Assembly (NCBI GenBank): GCA_001179505.1
Contig: CDMY01000300.1
Coordinates: forward strand, 65,701 to 129,700
Origin: Vitrella brassicaformis CCMP3155
Taxonomy: Eukaryota; Protista; Chromerida
Direction of reading: 5' to 3'
Length of the DNA: 64,000 nucleotides
The notes under the pieces were generated by a model that searched no databases, was not told the origin of the DNA, and saw only the letters and a list, made by a program, of their open reading frames with translations. The position numbers and the translations under genes are program-made. Below, piece by piece: positions 52,947 through 64,000 of this stretch (the first letter of the stretch is position 1; every line of letters starts with the position of its first letter).

Positions 52947-55776
52947 TCAGCAGCCACTGACCGTCGCGGCAACCTTGAGGTTCACCTCGGCGACGACTTG
53001 GTTGCACTTGGGACACAGTCGACGGTCCGACGCGCCAGACCAGCCTGCCCTCAGCTCCTGCACCACACACACGACAAGACAGGCAAGGTGGACGGTGGAT
53101 GGATGGATGGATGGAGGGCATGGCATACGCACACGTGCAGTGCAGTGCATGCTCTCGTGCACTTGCCTTGAAGCATGGAGTGAAGCAGCAGGTGTGTTTG
53201 CAAGGCATCAAGGTCACCGTTGGGTGTGCGTGCAGGCAGATGCAGCACACAGTCGACCCACTAACATCACCATCCCCGCCACCGGCACCAATCCCACCGC
53301 CGCCCCCACTGCCCTGTGTCTGCCCCACAGGTTGCTTCTTGTCCTCCTGCTGCTTGTTGGCCGTGTCAAATAACTGCCAGGCGGTCTCCAGCTCCCGCAA
53401 GATGTCGCCGCCGACCTCGACGCCATCATGTGATGAGGCCCGGTGCGTCTTGTTCCGAGGCGACCCAGCCTTGGACGCATCATTGGCAGTGGGTGGGGGA
53501 GGCGGCGGGTGATTGGGCTTCGGGGGAAGGGTGATGTCGGGCTGCTCCTCCTCCTTCGGCAAAATAGTACCCTGTGTGGCAGGGATGATAGGTGTGGGGC
53601 TGATGGGCCCGGGGGAAGCCGATGGCGCCGCTGCCTGTCGCTGCTCCTGTCCCTGGTCCTGCGCAGGCGCCTCATGGTTCGTGGCCGTCCCAACGTGCCC
53701 CCGAAATGTGGCGATGTCCTGGCGTCCACCTCCCCCTCCACCACCAGCACCAGCAGCCTTTTTCTTCCGTCGCGATGTCATGGCCACCCACTCCCCTCCC
53801 TCACCATCGGCATCCTCCACATCCACCGACGCCTGGACCTCTTCAATGCGGGCGGGCGGTGAGAGCTCCCGCTCCTCCTTGTCCGGCGCATCCTGCTCCT
53901 CGGGTGGCATCTGGGCGGCGTCCTCTTCATCGTGCTCAGGCACAGATGTGGGCGGGGTGGGGGGCGGGGGCGCGAGGGGAAGAACGGGTGTGCCTCTAGT
54001 CCCCTTGGACGACTTCTTCTTGCCAGCCGCCTTCTTGTCTGTCTTCTTGGGCTTCTCTCTCTTATTGACTGGCTGCTGCTTGGGAGGGGGAAGGGTGGGC
54101 TGCGGCTCATCCTTTGCCCTGGCCGCATTGGCGTCTGCACTGCTGCTATCAGGATTCCCACAGTGACCCACTGCATTGAGCTCTGCCAGCAATTCCGCTC
54201 CTTGCAGAGGCCTCGACGCGTCGCGAATAGACATGCTCCCCACGCTATTACTCGATGAAGACGCGATGGCGGGCGCCCGTCGGCTCTTGCGAGCAGCACC
54301 AGAAGAAGAGGACTCAAGTTCCACATTGCCGCAAGACGCCATGGCCGAGGCCGCGAAGGCATGAGCCCTGTCCTTGTGTGGCACCATCGCTCTGTAGATG
54401 CGCAGGAACGACTGCCTGAGCCCTGCCATGTGACCTCTCTTTGGGCACAGCACCGCACACCGACTTGAATCTGACGCCGGCAGGTAGAAGCGAAGGCAGA
54501 AAGCCCCCAAGCCCAGGCAAACACAAGTGACGGAAGGCCCCAGAAGCTGGAGGCCGTCCTCGACATGACTCCCCTGGATGCCGACCGTACTGAGAACAAG
54601 GTCCACAGCAGCGGCGAGCAACAGGAGGATGGGATCCACAAGGCTGAAAACAAAGTTGGCGCATTGGATGACCAGCAAGAGCGGTGACAGGGCCAGCCAC
54701 GCCATGCTGCTGAGGAAGGTGAAGACGTGCGTGGCGCAGAAGACCCACAGTAGCGACGGAACCGCCCAAACAAGTGATAGGACAAAAGCCACTGCAGTGC
54801 GGCACTCATAATAGCCGAGGACGTGCTGACTGTTGCTCAACACAAAAAGGAAGGCCCAAAAGCGCATCTTGACCAGCCAGCCCGTGTGCCACGAGAAAAG
54901 CAGTGCAGGGTGCCTGCTCAAGTACACCGTCGCAACGTCGCTGATGAGCCGATATGCTGCATGGATCAACTGCAGTCAGGCAGGCGACACACAACACAAG
55001 CCACATATCACATGGAAAGCAGAGTGAGTGGAGTGGATGGATCCACAGCAAGGTGTGTGAACCGTCTTTTATCGTCCCTTTCCCCAGCCAGCCTCCCTCT
55101 TGTCCTTGCTGTCCTTCCCCCTCACCCACCAGTCTGTGGCGGTTGACCCATCCGTGCACCCAGGAGAGGACGGCTGCCATCGCTTGGTCGATGCTGCACA
55201 TCATCGTGTCGTCGCCTTGTTGCCGCTTGTCCAGCAGGATCTCCTCGATGTGATCCTCCTTCTCGCTGTACTTGCGGCGACAAGACGTGCAGCAGCACAA
55301 CTCGCTTGACAAATCGCTCCATGGAAAGGCGGGATAGTTCCTGCACATTCAGCAGCCAGCCGGATCCATATCAGTGGCGCGCGGCGTGCGATACGCTGGT
55401 CTGTATGAAGGAGCTTACCCGAAAAACCACACCTGTCTGAGCCACGCACAAAACACCACCTCGCATAGGAAGCTAACACAGACACAGACACAGAGAGCAG
55501 GCGTGTGTGAGGAGCACTGCTGTGCACTGTGGTGTGGTCTTCTCACGTGATGGTTTGTAGGATAAAGGCAGTCCAGCCGTCTGACATGCCATTGTCCTCC
55601 GGTTCGTGGCCACAGGGGACCAGGTGGCACACGATGATGTCCACAACAAATCGGACACTACACATGGACACGACTACAGTACTTCCCTGAACAAAGACAG
55701 ACACACAGATTTCGTCCGCCGCCTTTCCGCCTTCTGCTGGGCTGAACCTCGCTGCACTTGACATCGCGGAGCTCAC
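52947..55776 (-). CDS. Multi-pass membrane protein with C-terminal C3HC4 RING finger (probable E3 ligase)
   Basis: Hydrophobic block (FWAFLFVL..LLLLAAAVDLVL..CLGLGAFCL), a low-complexity linker, and RING CCICLHAHPTVTLMPCKHTCCFTPCFK|ELRAG..LCPKC completed through a GC-AG intron (53166-53058). 5' exons are uncertain. Confidence 0.7.
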
Positions 55777-56020
55777 CGGTGATGATCTGATGAGAGGCTG
55801 TCAAAACCGCGGTACAGCGGAGGCGTCGCTCTGCGCGCTCAGTGGTGGCGTGAAACGGATCATGTGACACTGCGGTTTGGCGCAGCACACGGCTCCCGCG
55901 CGAGTCAGGCACACTCTAAATGGCAGTCCATGGTTTTTCTAGACAAACCCATTCGACTTTGCAATACAAGGGATGCATTCGACTTTGCAATGACACGTCG
56001 AAAACACGTCAACGAAAATT

Positions 56021-57460
56021 CTACACGCGCTTTCTCTCACTCAGAGCTCTCGCAATCAGCCTGGCTTTCCGTCGTGTTGCAGGGAAATAGCCTCGATAGC
56101 TAGTCTCATAGCCGAGTCGAAATACCCCCTTGGCCTCTGTCATGTCGGATGTGACGAGAGACTCCAGGCCAGCAGTGAACCCCGTGCAGAAAACCACCAC
56201 CTCAAACGAATACGTCGTCTCATTGTCGAAGCACACTCCATCAGAGGTGAAGCGCGACAACTCCCTGTGAGGCAGCACGCCAATGTCGCGCCGGTAAATG
56301 GCCCGCATTATTCCTCGATCCAATACGGGAATGCGGCCTGCACATGAATGAATGACACACACGAACAACCACACTGCGTGAAGTGGCACATCAACGTAGG
56401 CACGTGAAGGTGCATTGATGTGCTATCGCCTTGCCTGACAGCATTGCCGTGTATGGCCCTTCTGGCGCCTTGGCTAGTCCATATCGACTCATCCTGCCGA
56501 AGAACAGGAATGTGATCATGTTGCCAAGTGCATCGGATACGCAAGCTGCATAGAGAAAGCAGATCACCAATCAGTTGTGTGCACAGCGCATACCTACGTG
56601 ATTCCTGTCCGCGTACTTGGAACGAAATCAGCAATCACCGACAGCAGGCTTGCGGGGAGACCAAATGGCTTGCGGGGCACAACAACAACAGGAGACCGCA
56701 CAAACATCGACACGTCGGCCCCATTCTTGCAGCACTCGAGTGCAACGTCCATGGCAGAGTTGCCTGAGGACACACACACATACACACGCACACACATGCC
56801 TCAAGCTTCGGCCAGATGATTGGACGGTGTCTTGCGCCATCCAGCTGACCAAAGCCAATAACTAAAACCTTCCTGAACACAGCAGCACGAAAAGAACCAC
56901 TCACTCATTTGACACACACGACTCATCTTCTCTTGCCGCTCTCCCACTCACCTGTGCGCGAAGCTCCGTCCAGTTGTGAAGTCGCTGCTGTGCAGGATGC
57001 TTCCAGTGAACGCTTCTTGGCCAGGGAACGTCGGTGTGTTCGGCACTCTGTCTGGTCCCGCTGCTAGAACGACGTGCCTCACGTGATAGGTGGTCGACGA
57101 TGTGTGGACGCACCAGACAGATAAGGGCGATGGCGTGATCGACAAGACAGTCTCATTGAAGCGCATCTGGGGCCTGAGTCCCATGATCTCGGCGTATGAC
57201 TCATAGTAATTCACAACCGCATCGCGTGATGGAAACACTTCTTCGCAGCATGGGAAGCCCAGGAAGGGCAACGAAGAGGTCCACTTGTCTGTGTTCAGGC
57301 GCAGGCACTCGTATCTCTCCTTCCAGCTGCTCCCGATCCGGTCAGAGCGTTCAATAAGGACGAACGAAAGGCCTCTCTTGGACAGATGGGCTGCTATCGC
57401 CAGTCCACTAAAGCCTGCCCCAACAATCACCGTGTCATATGCGGCATGGGCGGCGTCCAT
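56021..57460 (-). CDS. Flavin-containing monooxygenase (class B, YUCCA/bacterial FMO-like)
   Basis: FAD site IVGAGFSG, IGSSWKERYECLRLNT, FMO fingerprint FTGSILHSSDF, NADPH site KVLVIGFG|NSA, GRIPVLDRG, VVFCTGF; stop at 56021-56023. Confidence 0.92.
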
Positions 57461-57582
57461 TCGAGCGCAGATCCGCGTCGCACGCGTTCGTTTCACCCCG
57501 ATGCTCTAGCCCCAAAGTTTCCCCGGTCTATCTGCTGACTATCTGTTAGCTATCTTGCGTCGTAGAGTCCCAGTACCTCGGC

Positions 57583-58829
57583 ATGTTTGGCTTTTCGCAG
57601 TCTTCCGGCGCTGCGGCTGCCGCCCGCGCTGATGTCGGCCGTCCTGCTCACCTGGTGCCGTGGATAGAGAAGGTGAGCACAGGAGAAGACCATCTCCTTA
57701 TGCCCGCCTGGTTCATGCCATGGTGTATTTATCTTCTCTTTGTGTTGTTTCCTTCCAGTACCGTCCGAAGACGATGGATGACGTAGCGCACCAGGAGGAG
57801 GTGGTTCGTGCGCTCAAGTCGGCCATCCACAGCGCCAACATGCCGCATCTGCTCTTCTACGGTCCGCCGGGGACGGGCAAGACGAGCAGCATCCACGCCA
57901 TCGCCCACCAGCTGTACGGGCCCATCTACAAGTCGCGGGTCCTGGAGCTCAATGCGTCGGACGAGCGGGGCATCGGGATGATCCGTGAGCGCGTCAAGAA
58001 GTTCGCCCAGGTGCAGGTGCGGTACCACCCCACCGAGGCCAAGGAGTACCCCTGCCCGCCCTACAAGATCATCATCCTCGACGAGGCCGACCAGCTCACC
58101 AGCGAGGCCCAGGCCGCCCTCCGCCGCACCATGGAGAACTACACAAGGGTGACGCGCTTCTGCCTCATCTGCAACTACATCAGCCGCATCATCGAGCCGC
58201 TCGGCAGCCGGTGCGCCAAGTTCCGGTTCCAGCCCATTGGCGACGACAGCCACCGCAAGCGCCTCGAGCACATCGCCGCCGCCGAGGGCGTCAAGATCGG
58301 TGAGGCCGGCATGACCACCCTGCTGCTGCTGGCCGAGGGCGACCTGCGTCGGTCCATCACCCTCATGCAGTCGGCCTACAACCTGCACGGCCCGGATCAC
58401 CACATCGCCCCGTCCGACCTCCTCGAGGTGGCGGGGTGCGTCAAGCCGGCCGTCATCACGGCCTTCCTGCACACCTGCAAGACGGCCAGCAGCTTCGACG
58501 ACGTCCAGAAGGTCATCGAGCAGGACCTGGTGGCCGGCGGATACACATGCTCCCAGATCATCCCACAGATCACCGCACGCCTCGTGGGCAAGAAGGTGTC
58601 CGAGGGCAACGACATGACCGACGACCAGGACCAGGGCAGCGGCGGCGGCATGCAGCTGAGCACCGAGCTGACAGACCTGCAGAAGGCCAAGATCGCCACC
58701 AGGTGCGGCGAAGTCGACTCACAACTCATGGACGGGGCCGACGAGTACCTGCAGCTGCTGAAGCTGGGCGCCGACCTCATGAACATCCTCAAGCAGGGCG
58801 GCAACAACACTCGCCCACACCACAACTGA
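57583..58829 (+). CDS. RFC4: Replication factor C subunit 4 (yeast Rfc2 orthologue), 2 exons
   Basis: PWIEK|YRPK, HLLFYGPPGTGKTS, ELNASDERGI, subunit-diagnostic PCPPYKIIILDEAD, TRFCLICNYISRIIEPLGSRCAKFRF, GADEYLQLL. Confidence 0.95.
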
Positions 58830-59900
58830 CGAAGGGCAGACAGGCAGGGAGGGAGGGAGGGAGGGAGGGAGGCGTGGCTAGCTGTCATGCATGTAGCGAA
58901 CGACCGGACCGATAGGACAGATGGCCGGATGGATGGATGACGGGGTGGAATCGGTGTGTGTACAGAGAGTGATATCTAGCGTCTGATGTAGCCCTGATGT
59001 AGTGTAGCAGCGGTGGACAGACAGACAGCCGCGGGGGATGGATGGCTAGACAATGGATGCTTAGTGCGGGTGCCAGTGGAGTGGATGGAGAGAGAGAGAG
59101 ATAGCTCATCGTATATGCGATGGGTTTTGCATGATGGAGTTCAATCATACAGGTCTGTCTCCAATTGCCATGTCCTCATCATGCAATCGGCAAAATATCA
59201 TTGGTCTTCCGTCGTCAGCTAACACCGACGGGCCGCGCAGCGCAAAGGGGAAAAACGAGCGCGGCACACTCAGCCAGGCAGCTGTGTCTGATGAATTGAA
59301 TTACCCGTCCGTCGGCCATGCCATGCAAGCATTAAGGCAGCAGCACCCAGGCACACCATAATGGAAGGAAGGAAGACTATGATACACAAGACGCATCACG
59401 TAAGTGGCGGGCAGCGTCCATGCAGTCGGTGGCCGCATCGCCCCTGCTGTGTCTTGACACGGCAATGAATGCATATGCACACACATGAGACATGAACACC
59501 GGACCGGGCCCCTCTATGTCAGCCTCAGCTACCCACCCATCCATCCATCCATGGTGTGGTCCCTTGATAAAACGCAGACCCATACCACATAAGGTGATCG
59601 TGCATGATGCACCACGTACATAAATAGCCATGGTGCGATTATGAATCCATCCATCGGTCAATCCATCCATCCATCCATCAGTCAGCCACGAGTGAGCCCA
59701 TCGTCATTCTTTGACGATGCGGTTTCCATGCAGCGCACAGGAGAGACACAATGCAGTGCGATGGATAGATAGAAACATCGGCAGGGAGTTCCTTCATTCA
59801 CACGTCGCACAAAGCAGCGAGGAGACAGCTCATCGCACAAAGCACTTCATCGCCAAAACTTTACATATCCCCCCGCCCCTCCTCCCCTCGCGCCATTCGA

Positions 59901-61212
59901 TCAGCTCGTCAGGTGGGCCTCTGGCGGCGGCTGTGTGCCGTTGATAGCGCGCAGCTTGTGGATGTAGCGCATCGCCGATTCCATGAAGTAGTCCATAGTC
60001 TCGGCATTGGTCGACACTTTGTTCTTGCTGGCGAAGTAGGTGAAGAAGAAGAATTCAAAGAATGCGAGCAGCACCAGCAGCACGAGGTTGTCCCGCAGGA
60101 TGCTCCGCCAGTTGATGTCGGCGAGTTTGGTGGTGGAGGGCGAGATGAGGGGCACCAGCAGCACCCAGGCCACGCCCGTCATGATGACACCCACATTGAA
60201 CCAGATGGCGTCGAAGACCAGCTTGGCGTTGGCGTGTCGACGCCGCGTCCGCTCCTCCAGCGCCTTGAGCCGCTTCTCCTCCAGATACTTGTCGACGTAC
60301 TTGTCGACTGTCGAGGGGTCGGACGCGGATAAGTCGTCAAGCAGCTCGTCGTCGGTCCGCAAAATCTGTTGCGCCTGCGCCTCAGTCATGTTGAGAGCCT
60401 CCCAATACGGCACCCCGTCGGACGACGCCAGCACAGACTTGGTGTGCCGGAACACGTCCGCCTGCAGCCGTAGCTGGCCTATCAGCTGATCGCGGGCAGC
60501 CTGAGGGGATGGATAACCAGGTTGGATGGATGGATGGAAACCGCGTGTGTGTATTGTATGGTTCTTCCCTTATTGTGTTGTTGTGTGACTGAGTCACCTC
60601 ACCTTGTCGGTGAGTATTTTGACGCTGTGGTAGAGGATCCACCTGCCCTCTTTGGTCCTCTCGAGGTCGTGGACGGTGTCCTTGGCGAAAATGTAGCCGG
60701 CGTTGTTCATGGTCTCCATGTAGGAGTCGGTCTCCACACGCGTCACGTAGATGAACTGCACACACACCATTCAGCCAGATACGATACAGCCATCTGTGAC
60801 TGACGTGACACTCCACCTTCACTTGACTCGTCCGCTCACGTAAAAAAGGGTTTCGACAACCACAATCAGGGAGATGTGAAAGAGGGCACTGACACAGCAG
60901 GCAGGGCACAATGAATGGCACACGAGTGAGAAAAGCAGCACAGCACAGCACAGCCACCCCAACGGTTTGTGGCTTCTCTTCTCACCTTGTGATGATACGG
61001 TAGAAGTCCTTGGATATCCGTAGCCGTGTCCTTGATATGCAGGCTAGGGCAGCGGTGGTGCAGCGACAAAAGACCTTGGTGCTCGCGCTGACGGCCGAAG
61101 GGGTGGTGACCGGGATGAAGCCAGATGAGAGATCCTCGTAACTGTCAGGCCTCGTTGGGAGTGACCGCGCTGTTGGCGACATGTGGCCGCATGACTCAGC
61201 ATCTGTGGCCAT
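59901..61212 (-). CDS. Hypothetical multi-TM protein (342 aa, 4 exons) resembling an uncharacterised giant-virus (NCLDV) membrane-protein family
   Basis: Exons 61212-60986, 60888-60840, 60755-60603 and 60500-59901 total 1029 nt in frame. TM1 ALFHISLIVVVETLFY|FIYVTRVE; C-terminal TMs AIWFNVGVIMTGVAWVLLV and INWRSILRDNLVLLVLLAFFEFFFFTYFASK. The gene model is well supported; the viral-family link is from recollection only. Confidence 0.75.
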
Positions 61213-61529
61213 CGTGAGTCGCTCCTCGACCGGAAGCGACAGCCTTAGACAGATAGGGACGACAGCTCTCTGACGCGCAGATCTATCCTGGAAAGGGGGT
61301 ACGCCGATGAGGAGCCACGTACTGTGTGCTCTAAGCCCTCGTCGCTTCCAGGAGGGAGTGAGCGAGCAGTTTCGCGGAATGTCCTAGGCCTTCCAAACGC
61401 ACGTTCCATCAACACAGCGATTTTTCTGACCATCATAGGGTGGCACGTGCGTGTCGAGTGGGTGGGTGGGTGGGTGGGATGGGGAGACAGGCCGTGTGCA
61501 TGCTTCTGTGCATGTGCATGCTGCTACTT

Positions 61530-62500
61530 TAGTGCGTGACCTGGACAGGATCCCCTCGGGGTTACAGACACGAGTCTCGCTCGTTAAACACAATAACCAA
61601 CCAACCAACCAACACGCGCCCATACTTCACTCCACTCCACCCCCTGCTCGACCAACGTCAACATCTGACTCATCAGCTCAGATCTGTCTACCAGGTGTGC
61701 CAATCCTCGCTGTCTGCGTCAGGCGTGCCAAGCCAACACCACACACGGAGAGAGAAGGCAACAACCATCCTCTTCTGTGTATGTGTGTGTGTGTGGTTAC
61801 AGGCGGTGAAGGAGACTCTGCGTCAGCTGTGCCTGTACAACATCATGACAGCCACTCGAGTGGTTCGCTCTTCAGCGATACATATTGGCGATATGTCGAG
61901 GCCTTCGCCGAGCGGTGCTCCACCCAGGCACACATATCAGAGAACGGCCTCCCCCCCTTCTCTGATATGTGCGCCGACGCATCATCGACAAGCTCTATCG
62001 TGACGCCATCATCGACAGTCGGCAGATGTCAAGGCAGGACTTTCCGGACTGTGTGGAGGGGGAGAAGGGCAACGAGCTCTCCAACGAGCTCTCCAACATG
62101 GCATGGAGTGTGCTCGCACTCAGAATCAATGGCTGGAGGTCGGTGAAACGAAAAAAAAAACACGTGGGAGGCGCACACAATTTCCCGCATGTTTTTACGC
62201 ATTTATGCGCGTCATGTCCGTGTGTGTGTGTGTTGAGCATTTATAGGTATGCCGGCATGCTTGAGGCTGGTGCGGTGACAAAGGCCGTATGTGGACGTGC
62301 AAAATGCTGCTCAGGTGAGCGAATACCAGCACACACACACACACACGCATTGCCATCAGCTAGTAATGCTCACTCACTGTTCAGTGCATGCTGTCCTGCG
62401 CACGCAGGAACACAGAGTGCGAAGAGATGGCGGCAAAGAATAACGCACCCTGTCCGCTATATGGATAGGAAACGATGGCATTCATTTAATTTGTGTCTTG
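61530..62500 (+). CDS. Possible hypothetical spliced gene (unresolved)
   Basis: Several GT-AG-bounded, coding-like segments separated by microsatellite-bearing introns (e.g. RRIIDKLYRDAIIDSRQ..LRINGWR|YAGMLEAG). I could not build one in-phase model. Confidence 0.25.
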
Positions 62501-63780
62501 TCGTTTCTTGAAACGATTTGGTCTGTCAGTGAGAGCTAGAAGACGCCTGCGGACCTGCACAGTATCTGCACATCTAGACTTGATGTCTGATCCTCTTCAT
62601 TTTGCGTCCAATTCAGTATTGCCTCCACGTCTCTGCCCCTGTGGCTTTGTGTCTGTCTGTCTGTCTGTCTGGCTGTCTGTCTTCGTGTGTGTGTACGTAT
62701 CTCTGCGTGTGTCATCTCGGGTGTGTTTGTCCTCTTGTGGGCACTGTGTGTCGGTGGTTCATTAGTGACTCGCCTCATGCATGTTCCAATGAATGATTCT
62801 TTGTTGATGTCAAGACTGGTCCCTGGTTGCGTCGGATAAAGTCTCGCATCGCATCATCAGGACACACGCACGTACATCTCCATGCACAGCACACCACTCA
62901 CTCGATACGGACACACACACACACACACACATACATACAGGTGTATTTAATTGCGCTTCGCCTTGTCGCGACGTCCACAATGAAGTCGCATCATCTCTTC
63001 TCTCGGTGACACTTTACCTACAGCACAGCAGCCAGGCAGGCAGGCAGGCAGGCAGGATGGCAGGAGCCAGGCGGGGAGCGAGAGCAGAGAGAGCACGCCC
63101 ATTCGTCGAGAGAGGCACATCCAAAAAACGTGTGCGTGCGTGCGTGGAGGAAAATCGAAGCTCTCGCCTGTCTGGAATCAACAAGACGGCTCCCGTGTCC
63201 ATCCCTTTACTCGACAAGCCGATAACTATACACCGTCCGTCATTCATCGTCCGTCCGTCGTTGGCCATACATATCACATTGCTCATATATATACACACCA
63301 CCAACACACTCACTCACGTCTCGTACAACAAACAACACATCCACAAGACACTATAAGACACGTCAGTCAGTCAGTCAATCAGCGCTAATCCCTTGATCCA
63401 TCCATCCATCGACGGCAGGCAAGAGGCCCCGAAAAATGTTCGGGCTCTCATGGTATGGCGGAAATAACCAATCGATGGTGTGGCGTATGTACGTGCCTAG
63501 ACATGAGGTGGCGTACAGCCTAGCATTGTCGCGCTAGCCTGTCTGTGTATTCCACAAATACCGACAGCCTGGGAATACCTACAACTTGATGAAACTAACG
63601 ACAAATACAAAAAGCAATGAATAAAAACAAAACAGCACGCGTCAAAAGCATCTCGTGGCGTCAAAAGCATATCGTGTGAAGACAATACAACTGTTCTGGC
63701 TGGCCAGGGCACAAAACAGAACCCAATACACTACAATAAATAAAGAAGATATCCATCCCTCCCTCCCTCCATTCCCATCC

Positions 63781-64000
63781 CTATGGCTGACGGCCCCTCT
63801 CAGCTATCCCACAGATCTTGAGGAGGTTCCCCTCCGTCGTCAATCCCGGACCGAACGAGGCCCTGAGCCACACAGGAAAAGGATGTATTGAGAGGGATTG
63901 CAGGCCATTGCTATAACAGTCTGTCACTTACATCATAGCGTATGGTTTGAGTTTGTCTCTGGGCATCTTGCGTAGTTCGTCAAGGACGAAGTAGACGGTG
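63781..64000 (-). CDS. Type III polyketide synthase (chalcone-synthase-like), 3' end only
   Basis: Exons 64000-63932 and 63862-63781 read TVYFVLDELRKMPRDKLKPYAM|MASFGPGLTTEGNLLKICG..*, matching the CHS C-terminal signature (S-x-x-V-x-FVLDE..FGPGLT-x-E). Confidence 0.8.

Noticed and set aside
43452-53260. RBR, RWD-ART and RING genes within about 10 kb as a ubiquitin/ADP-ribose cluster
   Set aside because: Interleaved with unrelated metabolic genes, and E3 genes are common; adjacency alone is not evidence of a functional cluster.
55950-55991. 16-bp direct repeat cattcgactttgcaat x2 (also a 19-bp tandem at 63639-63676 and a ~30-bp tandem at 32496-32558)
   Set aside because: Isolated short local duplications in UTR or intron DNA with no recurrence elsewhere seen; probably slippage products.
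57729-58472. Long antisense ORFs (247 aa opposite RFC4; similar ones opposite the helicase, Nudix and 59.9-kb genes)
   Set aside because: Shadow ORFs from high GC3 on the coding strand; no recognisable motifs or splice support.
58830-59900. Search of intergenic DNA and ribosomal-protein introns for tRNA, snoRNA or other ncRNA
   Set aside because: No cloverleaf or convincing C/D or H/ACA box arrangement by eye; tRNAscan-SE or Infernal would be needed to exclude them.
56021-64000. FMO plus type III PKS as a biosynthetic gene cluster
   Set aside because: Separated by RFC4 and unrelated genes; the other PKS flank lies outside the window.

Overview
Gene-dense, intron-rich eukaryotic nuclear DNA with GT-AG introns full of microsatellites and one 300-N assembly gap. 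The nuclear-encoded, apicomplexan-like mitochondrial ATP synthase alpha, a flagellar gene and the intron style suggest an alveolate such as the chromerid Vitrella; that assignment is inference. I spliced about 24 genes by hand, checking splice phases where stated. In order: RAP-like repeat protein (partial), organellar PheRS, FAD monooxygenase, permuted papain-like pseudoenzyme, RPL24, ATP synthase alpha, small TM protein, CFAP100, A20/AN1 zinc finger, pseudokinase, J-TM-ankyrin protein, low-complexity hypothetical, amino-acid transporter, Sfi1-like/PH protein, ankyrin fragment, DEAH helicase-RBR E3 fusion, threonine aldolase, choline/ethanolamine kinase, Nudix-RWD-ADP-ribosyltransferase fusion, TM-RING E3, FMO, RFC4, a multi-TM protein resembling giant-virus hypothetical proteins, a weak hypothetical, and the 3' end of a type III PKS. 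Most interesting: the 11-exon, 675-aa Nudix-RWD-PARP-like protein with intact catalytic motifs (candidate ADP-ribose writer/eraser fusion); the intron-containing NCLDV-like gene; the helicase-RBR fusion with a His-to-Tyr Rcat; a recurring CTAAGCTCGC motif in tight divergent promoters; and polarised (CA)n...(TG)n intron repeats. No rRNA, tRNA, CRISPR array or recognisable transposon was seen. All family assignments come from motif recognition, not database searches.
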